Positions 36,342 through 45,596 of a stretch of 64,000 nt of DNA are shown piece by piece. The notes beneath the pieces are model-generated. The model had not been told where the DNA came from. It was given only the letters and a program-made list of their open reading frames with translations, and did not search any database. The position numbers were made by a program, and so were the translations under genes. Source of the DNA: a virus; IMG/VR virus record IMGVR_UViG_3300042922_000707, positions 1-64,000 of that record, one strand, 5' to 3'. Every line of letters starts with the position of its first letter. The stretch's first letter is position 1.

Positions 36342-37094
36342 TTATCCTATCACATTCAAGACTCTTTTAGTCTGCATTGGGCTATTCTCAGTTAATTTAA
36401 CTGGTATGGATGATACCTTGCCTCCATATGATAAAAATATCTTACCTGAAATGCCCTTATTGCATCTTATAATTAAATCCAGCATTACACACCTGTTCAT
36501 CAAGTCATACACAATTTCATACTTTAAATTAAATTCTAAGTCTTTGTGTTTGTGCTCTTTTGTGTACCCAATAACATAATTAAGCGTCTTTTCATTTTTA
36601 TTGACTGGCTTGCTTCCCCTCATCCTTATTTCTGAGAGCCCATTCGCATATTGGATTATGTTATTATAAGGGGGCTGTTCCTTGAATTCAATTGCCTGTC
36701 CCTCATACTCAAATCCTGCAAACAGAATTTCCCCATTTACATTAAAAATACCCGACTGGTCAAACTCTATAAAGTAGTAGACAGTTTTATCCTTTAGCAT
36801 AATCTTGTCATAAAGTTCTAAAGACTCTTTATCCAATTTAAAAAATCCATTCTTTTTGTCAAATATAAACTTCAGCTGTGCCTTGTCATCCAATGACTGT
36901 ATCTGCTGTAGGTCCAAGTTAGTGAATCGGATAATTCCACTGTCGCTAGAAAATGGTACTGCTATACTACCACCAGACTCTGTAATTCTAAATTTTTCCA
37001 CATTCTGAATGTCAAGCATGCCAAAATGTATCTCTTCCGATTCCTTAATAACTGTACCATCTTTCATATGTGCTACCCAATTCACTAACAGCAC
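36342..37094 (-). CDS. Hypothetical tail-region protein
   Basis: ORF with RBS in structural operon. Confidence 0.6.
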   Translation of the reverse strand: MLLVNWVAHMKDGTVIKESEEIHFGMLDIQNVEKFRITESGGSIAVPFSSDSGIIRFTNLDLQQIQSLDDKAQLKFIFDKKNGFFKLDKESLELYDKIMLKDKTVYYFIEFDQSGIFNVNGEILFAGFEYEGQAIEFKEQPPYNNIIQYANGLSEIRMRGSKPVNKNEKTLNYVIGYTKEHKHKDLEFNLKYEIVYDLMNRCVMLDLIIRCNKGISGKIFLSYGGKVSSIPVKLTENSPMQTKRVLNVIG

Positions 37095-37099
37095 CTCCC

Positions 37100-37633
37100 T
37101 TATTGATATTGGTAACTTATTCTAGTCAACCAATCCACCTGTCCTGCACCGGCAGTAGGCTTTGCGTATAACTTTAATTTTATTTTAGCATAGTTTCCTT
37201 TGTCTGTGTTAACATTTCCTGTGTTGGCTTGCCCTAAAATTGTACGCTGGTCACCTGCACAAGAAATCACTGGGCAGGCATCATCGTGTCTTAATGACCT
37301 CCAATAGTCACCTTCCCAAAGTCCAGTCGTGTCATTAATAGCTCCCCACTGTCCTGCACCCGCTAATTTTGCACTGTCAAAGAATTGGGCAGACACAATT
37401 GCCTCTGTTTGACCCGCTACCCTTAAGTCCGTTGTCTGACCATTTATATCCCTTACAGTCAAATCAACATTTATCATGTCTGCTACAGCTGATGCTCCTG
37501 CTCTGTTGTTCCATACGTGGAATACGGTAGGTATACTATCACTACCTGCATCTACAACCCCGGCGTCCCATTGTGCCTGTTGGGCAGTTTCTGCTTCATT
37601 CCACCATTGTACGATTGGTGGTAAAGATGCCAT
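37100..37633 (-). CDS. Virion structural protein
   Basis: WDAGVVDAGS..VWNNR; Gly/Ala/Thr-rich. Confidence 0.6.
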   Translation of the reverse strand: MASLPPIVQWWNEAETAQQAQWDAGVVDAGSDSIPTVFHVWNNRAGASAVADMINVDLTVRDINGQTTDLRVAGQTEAIVSAQFFDSAKLAGAGQWGAINDTTGLWEGDYWRSLRHDDACPVISCAGDQRTILGQANTGNVNTDKGNYAKIKLKLYAKPTAGAGQVDWLTRISYQYQ

Positions 37634-37647
37634 ATTACATTCCTCCT

Positions 37648-38526
37648 TTATTCGATAACATAAATTTGTAATTCAAAAGTTGTGTCATTTCCATTGTTGC
37701 TTATTTCTATATAAATGGAGTTGCTACCTGATTCATCAATGAATGGTATGTCCATTATATCCCACAAAATACTGTCCACTAATCCAGATGCATAAACCCA
37801 CTTACCACCAGAATCTTTTGTTTTAATCTTTAATTCAAACTGCCCTACATAGCCATCTGATGGTGTTAACCTAATGCCCTTTATCATCCCCATTGGAACA
37901 AATTGTAACCAACCAACATAGGAACCTGCATTTGCAACAAATTGGGTACCATTTACCTCAGTCAATGAAGTGTTTGCACTTGCTGTCCTAAATACAATTC
38001 CAAGTTCATTGTCGGACACAGTAGCAACCTTACCGGACATACCGCTGTAGTTATTGGGTACGTCTTTTAGCTGTGTAAACTTTATAATTCCATCATGTAC
38101 TACACTTCCAAACGTTTCGCTAGTTAGCGTACCCCCTAAAATTACAAACACCTTATCGCCCGAATTAAGAGGGTAGTTGAACGTAAGCGTCGTCTCTGTT
38201 GACTGAATGTAATCCTCTTCAATGCCCTCAAAAACAAACATTCCATTCTTTATGACAAGCAATTTATCCAGTACTGGGTTGTAGGAAAAGTCGGTAAGCA
38301 TTATAGTTGTCTGACCTTGAGTTATAGTTGGGAAATATTCAAATACTAAGTTACTCCCCATTGCCCTAATTTCATCCAATACGTCCGGTAGTGGCTTTTT
38401 ATCCAGAAACCTGTATATGGCATCCATTGGGTGTTGTTCTGCCGCAGTTCTTCCAAACAGTCTACGATGGTCGCCGTCTATTAAATTTGTCTGCTTCTGG
38501 GACATTCTTAAATTACTGCCACCCAT
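37648..38526 (-). CDS. Tail fibre-associated protein
   Basis: HRRLFGR..QHPMDAI and FTQLKDVPNNYSG fibre motifs. Confidence 0.6.
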   Translation of the reverse strand: MGGSNLRMSQKQTNLIDGDHRRLFGRTAAEQHPMDAIYRFLDKKPLPDVLDEIRAMGSNLVFEYFPTITQGQTTIMLTDFSYNPVLDKLLVIKNGMFVFEGIEEDYIQSTETTLTFNYPLNSGDKVFVILGGTLTSETFGSVVHDGIIKFTQLKDVPNNYSGMSGKVATVSDNELGIVFRTASANTSLTEVNGTQFVANAGSYVGWLQFVPMGMIKGIRLTPSDGYVGQFELKIKTKDSGGKWVYASGLVDSILWDIMDIPFIDESGSNSIYIEISNNGNDTTFELQIYVIE

Positions 38527-38540
38527 TAAATCACCCCCTA

Positions 38541-39653
38541 CTAATCATTCATTACAATTAAAGCAAATCTGTATGGGTCTACAGACGCAGTTAAATGATT
38601 TGTGTCACGTGTTACTTTAACCCAAAAGTATTTGGACTCTCCATTGGGTAGGTCACCCAATTCCACAGGACTTGCAAATGTACCCGCCACACCGGCTACA
38701 TCCTCGGCAAGCGTAACCCACTGGTAGCCAAAATTGGCATCATATTGTACTGCACCCACAGATATATTATGGAAGGTGTTTGGCGTACTGTTATGAATTC
38801 TGAATTTCTGTAGTATGTTACCATTGGACATTGTACCAAGAGATATATCTTGAGTAGGCAACAGAAACTCCTCACCCTCATCTGTTATACGATAGACATC
38901 AAGAACATCTCCGTAATAGTATATATCACCCTGCTGTACTTGTATTGCAGTATATAGCAATTCCTCACCCAGTGCATTAACGATTCTTAAGTTAGCATCA
39001 AAAGGACCCAGGTAATTTGTCAAGTCCAATTTTGCACCATTCTCAGCCCCTACAGTTACCTCCTCCAGCAACTCAGCTGTACTAGAAAACAACTGTACAA
39101 CATAACCCGTGTTAAGATTCGTTACTTGTAGGTACTTATTTCTGAATATCTTTACATAGTCTACGTCAAATGGAACACTTTCATCTTCCAAAGGCCCGTT
39201 TATAACTAAGCCTATCTTACCCGCTCCAACCATTTTTATAGTTCCAATTAAAGTCCATGTCTCACCATCCTGGCTACCATACCCCGTATAGGAAAGTCCA
39301 ACTTTTTCAAGTCTCATATAGGGGTAAGTCATTGCAGTATCCTGGCTTGTGTCGTACCATTCAAGTAGTTCCACGTAGTCATCCATACTTTTCCATGCAA
39401 CTATGCCGGAAAAATCCGATTCCAATACGGGTAGGTAGCTGTTTGATATCTCAAATACAAAGTCTGTATCCGGTGTATCCAACAGCACTAAAAACGTATC
39501 CGCCCCATGCTTAAGTCTTAGGAATCCGGGTCTTTCCGTTAAGGAGTATCTTTCTGGGTCGGAGGAGGATAAAGTATATTCCATTCCTAATGATGTTGAA
39601 TTAAAGTCATCCATAAACATCAGTCCATTTAGTACTTTATTAAGTTTGGGCAT
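38541..39653 (-). CDS. ConA-like (beta-xylosidase C-terminal-like) adhesion protein
   Basis: DDFN..YSLTERPGFLRL..YGSQDGETWTLIG..DVDYVKI. Confidence 0.65.
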   Translation of the reverse strand: MPKLNKVLNGLMFMDDFNSTSLGMEYTLSSSDPERYSLTERPGFLRLKHGADTFLVLLDTPDTDFVFEISNSYLPVLESDFSGIVAWKSMDDYVELLEWYDTSQDTAMTYPYMRLEKVGLSYTGYGSQDGETWTLIGTIKMVGAGKIGLVINGPLEDESVPFDVDYVKIFRNKYLQVTNLNTGYVVQLFSSTAELLEEVTVGAENGAKLDLTNYLGPFDANLRIVNALGEELLYTAIQVQQGDIYYYGDVLDVYRITDEGEEFLLPTQDISLGTMSNGNILQKFRIHNSTPNTFHNISVGAVQYDANFGYQWVTLAEDVAGVAGTFASPVELGDLPNGESKYFWVKVTRDTNHLTASVDPYRFALIVMND

Positions 39654-39680
39654 ATTATCTCTCCTCTCTGTTTATATTTT

Positions 39681-39986
39681 CTATGAAAGTATTTTAAAGT
39701 GTTGTTCCATATTGACTGTTCTGTTTAGGTGAATCATGGAAAGTGGGTGTCCTTCATCCATCAACTCTCTGACTTTACCAACTGCTTCTTCCAGTGAGTC
39801 AGTTTCTAAAACATTTCTCCAGTGCTCTTTTCCTGTACCATTCATTGTATTATAGGTACCATCTACTCTTTCTGACGTGTAAACGGTGCCACCAAAATAG
39901 GTGTAAACCGTCTCGTCGCCACTTGTGTCAACAAAATGTGTTCTCAAATATACTGCAAACTGTTTTACCTTTCTATGTGCTGGCAT
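39681..39986 (-). CDS. Small virion protein, paralog A
   Basis: Aligns end to end with 40001..40309. Confidence 0.7.
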   Translation of the reverse strand: MPAHRKVKQFAVYLRTHFVDTSGDETVYTYFGGTVYTSERVDGTYNTMNGTGKEHWRNVLETDSLEEAVGKVRELMDEGHPLSMIHLNRTVNMEQHFKILS

Positions 39987-40000
39987 ACTGTATCCCTCCT

Positions 40001-40309
40001 TTATACCATAATTTCAAAATTCTCATCCAATTGTACTCTTTGTTCCAACTTAATACGCTGGAATGTATGTCCCAATGCAACCTGCTTTTTAACTTCCCTA
40101 ATTGCATCAACAATTGAGTCAATTTCTGCTACTAATTTCCAATGCTCCGAGCCAACACCAACCATTTTATTGGAATAGGGCGCTCCTGGCATGGAGTCCA
40201 TTATGTCACCGCCATAGTAAAAGAAATTTTCCTCTCCACCAGACTCTACAGTGTAGTTCATTTGAACGTATACACCAAAATTCTTTACTCTTCTGTAATC
40301 AACTGGCAT
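40001..40309 (-). CDS. Small virion protein, paralog B
   Basis: Aligns end to end with 39681..39986. Confidence 0.7.
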   Translation of the reverse strand: MPVDYRRVKNFGVYVQMNYTVESGGEENFFYYGGDIMDSMPGAPYSNKMVGVGSEHWKLVAEIDSIVDAIREVKKQVALGHTFQRIKLEQRVQLDENFEIMV

Positions 40310-40310
40310 A

Positions 40311-43300
40311 TTATATTTCCTCCTTTTTTAATAGTTTGTTACTCTTTTGAATACTTCTTCTTCTAAAGCCCTTAAGTTTGTCAAGCTTTAGGTCCTCATC
40401 CGAGTGGTGGCTCTTGTAATACTCAATCATTTTATCAATAATGTTTCTTACATACTTAGCCCCCTTTAAGCCCGTTTTCTCGGATTCCGTTATATTGTTT
40501 AAAATACCCTCGGAATACCATCTAACATGTCTAAATATTTTCCAATAGTCCTGCCTACCTTCCATGTTTGGATTATTATATCTATCATAGCTGTCCGGGT
40601 AAAACTCTGGAATTTTATCCTCTGTGTCTGGTATTTGATGGTCGAGCCAATCAAACAGTGCTGTTATGAAATGCTTTATTGCCTGCTCCGGTGTACATCC
40701 TGCGTATCCGGATAGATTTGTTCTAAATAGCAGTTCCATAAAATCTATTACATTTTTGAGTATGTCCAAATCAACAAGGACTCTGCCCTTGCCCTCATCC
40801 TTTCCCGGTAATGGGTCTACCATAAATCCATTTATTGGGTTATTTATGTAGTCCCAATTATCATTTGGTACAAGCGGGTCATCATATGGACCATCACTGG
40901 GCATAAAGTACCACCTTCTGTACATCTCATCAAATAGGAACCCAATTTCTACTATAACTTCCTTTAGCTTGTCTAACTCTGCATCATCCAAAGTCACGCC
41001 GTTCTTTATCTTCTCAACCAGCTCCTGTCCAAGTTGGTACAGTTCCTCTGTCCCGTCACGTTCCAAAAGTAGTTCATGGAATACGGAAACCAACTCTCGT
41101 TTATCATCTGACAATTGGTAAATTTTATCCACAAATGTAAGTTTTTCCTTGGAGCCCTGAAGTAGTCTTTCCATATCCAATCCTAAGATTTCCTTGTCCC
41201 CCACTTTAATTCCCTGAAGTAGACTTTTAATGTCCGGTGCAGGCTTGTCTAACTTGTCCAGACGCTCTTGAATCTCGATTAAGTCTATCAAATACTCCCC
41301 ATCATCCACTGCGGTTATAAGCCGACCACCACCAACTGCGTCCCTAAGTTTTAGGCTAAGTTGCAACATTATCACTAAATTGAGTAACTCCCGTGGTCCC
41401 TTGTCCGCATGCCCTATGTGAGTTCTATCTATTTGGGTTAACTGCCTAAATTGAGCACCTATGTGCATTATATATATCTTTCTCCAAGACTTTAGAACTC
41501 GGGCACTGTCTTTTATTATATCAATGTCCCTTGACTGTTTATCTAACTCCGTAGGGTCTTTAGCACATACGGAATCTTTCTCTTTTCTTGTCAATTGGTG
41601 TAAGCGTTTTATAATCCTAATTTCCACCATTTGCCTTTCAAACTCTATTAAGAATTCCTGTAGTAATACGTCTCTGTCCTTGCTATCCGCTTGGTACTCC
41701 AAGTCCAGTTGCTCCATTTCCTTCCTTAGTTTACCATCCAAATGGTGCATTGAGTAGTCAAGCAGTAATTCTTTTTGCTCTGTAGTAGCGGAATCCTTCA
41801 ATCCTTCCTGTGCTATCAGTTGCCTTAACGTTTTGTCAAGGAGTTCAAATGGCTTGGACTGTGTGAATTTCTTAATTTCGGGGTCTCCGGTAAGCATACC
41901 ACGTATTATATATGGCATTTTATTTGAGAAATCATAGCCCGCAATTTTGGAATTTATAATACCTTTTTGTTCCTTTGATAGCATATAGGACCTAGCCAGC
42001 AGTTCCTGAAATATTGACTTTACTTCTGTACTTAATACGCCTGACTGCAATATGGATATGTCCTTCAAGGATTTGGATAACCTGTGTGGTGGCATATTTA
42101 TTACTGCCCCAATCATCAATCTGGTTGCACTATGTAAATGCTTCTGTAGTGTAAATTCCTTTCCAAATTTTAGATAGTTGTCCAGTGCCTGGGGTACAGA
42201 AGAATCCTTAAATTTTCTAAACAGCCCCATCATTTCCCTGTCCGTAAATACCTGCTTTGTATGATGTAGCTCTGAAGACACTTGACTTGTATTTAGAATC
42301 TCTCTGATTGTGTTTAGGTAGGACTCAATTAGTTTGTCCAACTTTATCTCTCTCTCCGTTCCAATATCCAGAATCAACAGATGAGTAATTTCATCCACCC
42401 ATTGCTCTATTGTAGCGGCGTCTATATATCCTAGGGCAAGTTCACGCTCCGATTTACTAATTCCAGTATAAGTGGACAAAATAAACTCTTCCCCTTCCGC
42501 CCGCAGTGAATACATGTCCTTAACAAGCGTAGCCTCACTTTCACCTTCCAAACCATATGAAATATCATCCACTATCAATTGGTACAATGCTCGTTCAAAC
42601 CATCCCATTACACTCAGCTTAGCCTCTCTTAGCTCATAGGAGCCTGTGTACTGTTCCTGTTCAATTCGTGCATTTTTTAATTCGCTTGAGCTTAGTAGGC
42701 CCTTCCCTATAAACTGCAACTGCTTAACTATCTCTGCTGGGTTTTCCATATCCAGCGGGGTTCCCATTTCCTTTTCCGGGTAAGCTCCCAATTCCATACT
42801 ATTAACTGGAATATATATTCCAGTACTATCAACAGTGGCACCATTAAGGTACTGCAAGAATTCATTTAACTCTACTTCACCTATAGTTGCACTCAGCCCA
42901 CTTATTAGGGCATAATCCATAATCTCGGTAGTTTTAAGTCTATCCGTTTTCTCCACATGGGTAATTAAAATTTCTTGGAGCCCTCTAAACAGATTTTGCC
43001 ATTTAATTCTCTGCACCACCAATTCCGGATTTGATTTTTCTGTGCTTATACCTTTGCTAACTTGTGCAGACTTTAGTTTTCCGAGTTCCAACATCCTGTT
43101 AATGTATAATACCTTGCTTATTACTAACATGGGTAAACCAGTGCTGTTTATGTAGCCCTCACAAGCCTTAATTCTGTCCGTTTCCATTGTTCCCGTAAGG
43201 GTTAAACTAAATGCACCTTCCGTTTTTATTGCCTGTTTAATGAGCTCGTTCTGCACTTCCTTCATTTTAGTAGCATGCAGGACATTAAAAATTTCAACTA

Positions 43301-43616
43301 ACTTGGACTTATCTGTAAACAGTGTGCCATGGCTGTTCAGTTTAGTTTCCTTGGCAGCCACCTTATCCAACATTAGTCCCCACTGCTTTTCAATGGCCTC
43401 AATTTCTATATTTCTGTCTAGTAGTAGCATTCCGCTAAAGACATCCCCCACTCGCTTTTCAAATGGTAAATAGGCAAAATATAAGTATTTCCAAAGGGCA
43501 GTGGGTAGAAAGGAAAATGAATATGAATTGTCGTAGCCACCTTGAAAAGATATTCCGTATGCGTTAAAATTCTTGCCTGACTTTAATAGTTCTTCAAAGA
43601 AATTACCATAATTCAT
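40311..43616 (-). CDS. Large (1101 aa) tail-region protein of unknown function
   Basis: Long ORF with GGAGG RBS; quasi-repetitive central region. Confidence 0.7.
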   Translation of the reverse strand: MNYGNFFEELLKSGKNFNAYGISFQGGYDNSYSFSFLPTALWKYLYFAYLPFEKRVGDVFSGMLLLDRNIEIEAIEKQWGLMLDKVAAKETKLNSHGTLFTDKSKLVEIFNVLHATKMKEVQNELIKQAIKTEGAFSLTLTGTMETDRIKACEGYINSTGLPMLVISKVLYINRMLELGKLKSAQVSKGISTEKSNPELVVQRIKWQNLFRGLQEILITHVEKTDRLKTTEIMDYALISGLSATIGEVELNEFLQYLNGATVDSTGIYIPVNSMELGAYPEKEMGTPLDMENPAEIVKQLQFIGKGLLSSSELKNARIEQEQYTGSYELREAKLSVMGWFERALYQLIVDDISYGLEGESEATLVKDMYSLRAEGEEFILSTYTGISKSERELALGYIDAATIEQWVDEITHLLILDIGTEREIKLDKLIESYLNTIREILNTSQVSSELHHTKQVFTDREMMGLFRKFKDSSVPQALDNYLKFGKEFTLQKHLHSATRLMIGAVINMPPHRLSKSLKDISILQSGVLSTEVKSIFQELLARSYMLSKEQKGIINSKIAGYDFSNKMPYIIRGMLTGDPEIKKFTQSKPFELLDKTLRQLIAQEGLKDSATTEQKELLLDYSMHHLDGKLRKEMEQLDLEYQADSKDRDVLLQEFLIEFERQMVEIRIIKRLHQLTRKEKDSVCAKDPTELDKQSRDIDIIKDSARVLKSWRKIYIMHIGAQFRQLTQIDRTHIGHADKGPRELLNLVIMLQLSLKLRDAVGGGRLITAVDDGEYLIDLIEIQERLDKLDKPAPDIKSLLQGIKVGDKEILGLDMERLLQGSKEKLTFVDKIYQLSDDKRELVSVFHELLLERDGTEELYQLGQELVEKIKNGVTLDDAELDKLKEVIVEIGFLFDEMYRRWYFMPSDGPYDDPLVPNDNWDYINNPINGFMVDPLPGKDEGKGRVLVDLDILKNVIDFMELLFRTNLSGYAGCTPEQAIKHFITALFDWLDHQIPDTEDKIPEFYPDSYDRYNNPNMEGRQDYWKIFRHVRWYSEGILNNITESEKTGLKGAKYVRNIIDKMIEYYKSHHSDEDLKLDKLKGFRRRSIQKSNKLLKKEEI

Positions 43617-43644
43617 ATAACTGTTCCCTCCATAAAATATTAAG

Positions 43645-43666
43645 CAAGGGGGAATGAACCCCCTTG
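43645..43666 (-). terminator. Hairpin/terminator
   Basis: CAAGGGGG/CCCCTTG stem. Confidence 0.55.
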
Positions 43667-43669
43667 TCT

Positions 43670-44656
43670 TTATACGACGCTTGGTTTAAGTATTGCAACC
43701 CCATATTGAACGTTTGAAGAGTTATTAAACATGGAATATGGAGCATTCAGTGCAAAATACTTATAAACTTTTTCCGGCTTTTCTGGGTCCACCGAACCCT
43801 TATTGATAATAAGCTCGTCCTGATGAACAACAGAACTTCTGTCTGTTACAATTATGGCATCCAGCTCACCTCTGTAGCCATCCAATCCATGCCACATGTA
43901 AGCAGGTGACATATGATATTTGTGCGTCCAATTGGAAGGTCCTAGGATGTGCTTGTCCACAAATTCATCTGGAGTTGTTATACTTAACACATGTGCCTGG
44001 AATGGATATCCTGAACGAGTCTTCAGCATACAAACATCAGTTACTGCATTACCCGTCTTATCTCCAAAAGTTCTTGGGTAATTTGGAACCATGTCACTAG
44101 ATACTGTCATTCCAAAGTTGCCCTCTGTGTCCGGGTCAGCTCCTTCAAACCCCTTAACCATACCAAAATAACCAAATGATATCAAATAGTCATCAAAGTT
44201 GGCATTCGGGTCTCCCATTAATACTGAAGCGATTGTGTCCTTGGATAAATACATCCAGAATGATATTGGTAACCACCCCTTAACAGTTGCCTCCGTATCT
44301 CGTCTAAACCACGCCCATTCAGCGTACTCACTTACATTGTCTGCAGACCAAGTGTCGGTCTCTGCGTCATAACTATGACCAAATCTAGTTTTAACCATGT
44401 AGTGGTTTGGTTCTTCCACTGCATCCACTGTGACCATTGCTGGTTTCATAAATTCCACATATACTGTAGCACCACCTGTGGTAGTAGTCTTAATTACAAA
44501 CTTGTCCACCATTGCGTCAATTTGTTCTTGTAGTGTACCCCCTACTGGGTAGGCAATTGCCCAAGCGTCTGCACCATGAGCGGCATCCGTTACTGTCGTA
44601 AGTATGGACCTTAGAAAGTTAGTTGCATTTGTGTAACCTGTAATCCATTTTGGCAT
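43670..44656 (-). CDS. Virion structural protein (probably abundant; followed by hairpin)
   Basis: PSNWTHKYH..GYRGEL..YFALNAPYS. Confidence 0.6.
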   Translation of the reverse strand: MPKWITGYTNATNFLRSILTTVTDAAHGADAWAIAYPVGGTLQEQIDAMVDKFVIKTTTTGGATVYVEFMKPAMVTVDAVEEPNHYMVKTRFGHSYDAETDTWSADNVSEYAEWAWFRRDTEATVKGWLPISFWMYLSKDTIASVLMGDPNANFDDYLISFGYFGMVKGFEGADPDTEGNFGMTVSSDMVPNYPRTFGDKTGNAVTDVCMLKTRSGYPFQAHVLSITTPDEFVDKHILGPSNWTHKYHMSPAYMWHGLDGYRGELDAIIVTDRSSVVHQDELIINKGSVDPEKPEKVYKYFALNAPYSMFNNSSNVQYGVAILKPSVV

Positions 44657-44672
44657 TATAATACCTCCTTAA

Positions 44673-45086
44673 TTATGGTAAATTCTTTGACATAAAATCC
44701 AAGTCAACCCATATCACCTTAGATGTTCCAGATACGTTGTTATATCTAAGTTCTAGAGACTGACCAAAATCAACTCTTTTGACACCTTTGAGTGTCTTTA
44801 TTTGACCCAACTCCTTTGTATATATAGTATCCAAAATAACTGAATTGTCCATATACAGTGACCAGTAATCCATATCATCAAAACCACTCTGCATCACTGT
44901 AACTTCTAGTAGCTCCAGTTCTGAATTTGGAAGTAGGTTACCTGGTGACCCCAACTGAAAGTTAATTGGGCCTACAAGGGGTGGGATATGAAATCTATAA
45001 CCCTTTGTATAAGTATTCTTAAATTTAGGGTACAGCGGGTAGGGTAATTTACTTATCTTACCATCTAAAACTATTACTCCTGACAT
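44673..45086 (-). CDS. Hypothetical structural protein
   Basis: YTKELGQ..NVSGTSKVIWVDL. Confidence 0.6.
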   Translation of the reverse strand: MSGVIVLDGKISKLPYPLYPKFKNTYTKGYRFHIPPLVGPINFQLGSPGNLLPNSELELLEVTVMQSGFDDMDYWSLYMDNSVILDTIYTKELGQIKTLKGVKRVDFGQSLELRYNNVSGTSKVIWVDLDFMSKNLP

Positions 45087-45097
45087 AAAACCACCCC

Positions 45098-45520
45098 TTA
45101 AATTAAGTCCAATTTTATTATGTTTCCTTTATCCTCAACCAGTCCACCAACTGACGGATTGTACCTTTGATAGAATATACCAACAGTGTACGTCGTTGAG
45201 AAAAGGAATGTTACTTTTATCTGTGTATAATCATCATATATGTCTTTTATAAACCTAAACTGCAACTCTTGTGATTCTCCTATGTCTATGCCTATAACGT
45301 CATCGTCTTCATTGTATAGAAATACCTGTGGGTGTGTTAGCCTAAAGTCCAGTTCACTGAAAACATGTGTATGCTCCGGGACTCCGCCATTGCCTGGCCC
45401 GCTACTTCCTCCCCCGCCATCTCCCACATATCCAAAGAATCCAGCTATTCCGGGGTCGCCTGTTTTCTCAAATATCATTTTAAGTATTGGCTCATAAAGC
45501 CCATTTGGCTGCCAAGACAT
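45098..45520 (-). CDS. Hypothetical structural protein (Gly linker, HTH fibre motif)
   Basis: GDGGGGSSGPGNGG..EHTH. Confidence 0.55.
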   Translation of the reverse strand: MSWQPNGLYEPILKMIFEKTGDPGIAGFFGYVGDGGGGSSGPGNGGVPEHTHVFSELDFRLTHPQVFLYNEDDDVIGIDIGESQELQFRFIKDIYDDYTQIKVTFLFSTTYTVGIFYQRYNPSVGGLVEDKGNIIKLDLI

Positions 45521-45548
45521 ATAATCACCTTCCTATTTTTACAAAATA

Positions 45549-45577
45549 ATTATAGCACAGTAAAAAGTCTAATGCAA
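45549..45577 (-). promoter_or_regulatory. Sigma-A-like promoter for tail-appendage operon
   Basis: TTGCAT-N17-TATAAT. Confidence 0.55.
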
Positions 45578-45596
45578 TATATTCTTTTTCATATGC

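Noticed and set aside
29998-45520. Diversity-generating retroelement or invertible tail-fibre cassette
   Set aside because: No reverse transcriptase, invertase, TR/VR repeat pair or inverted gene fragments seen.
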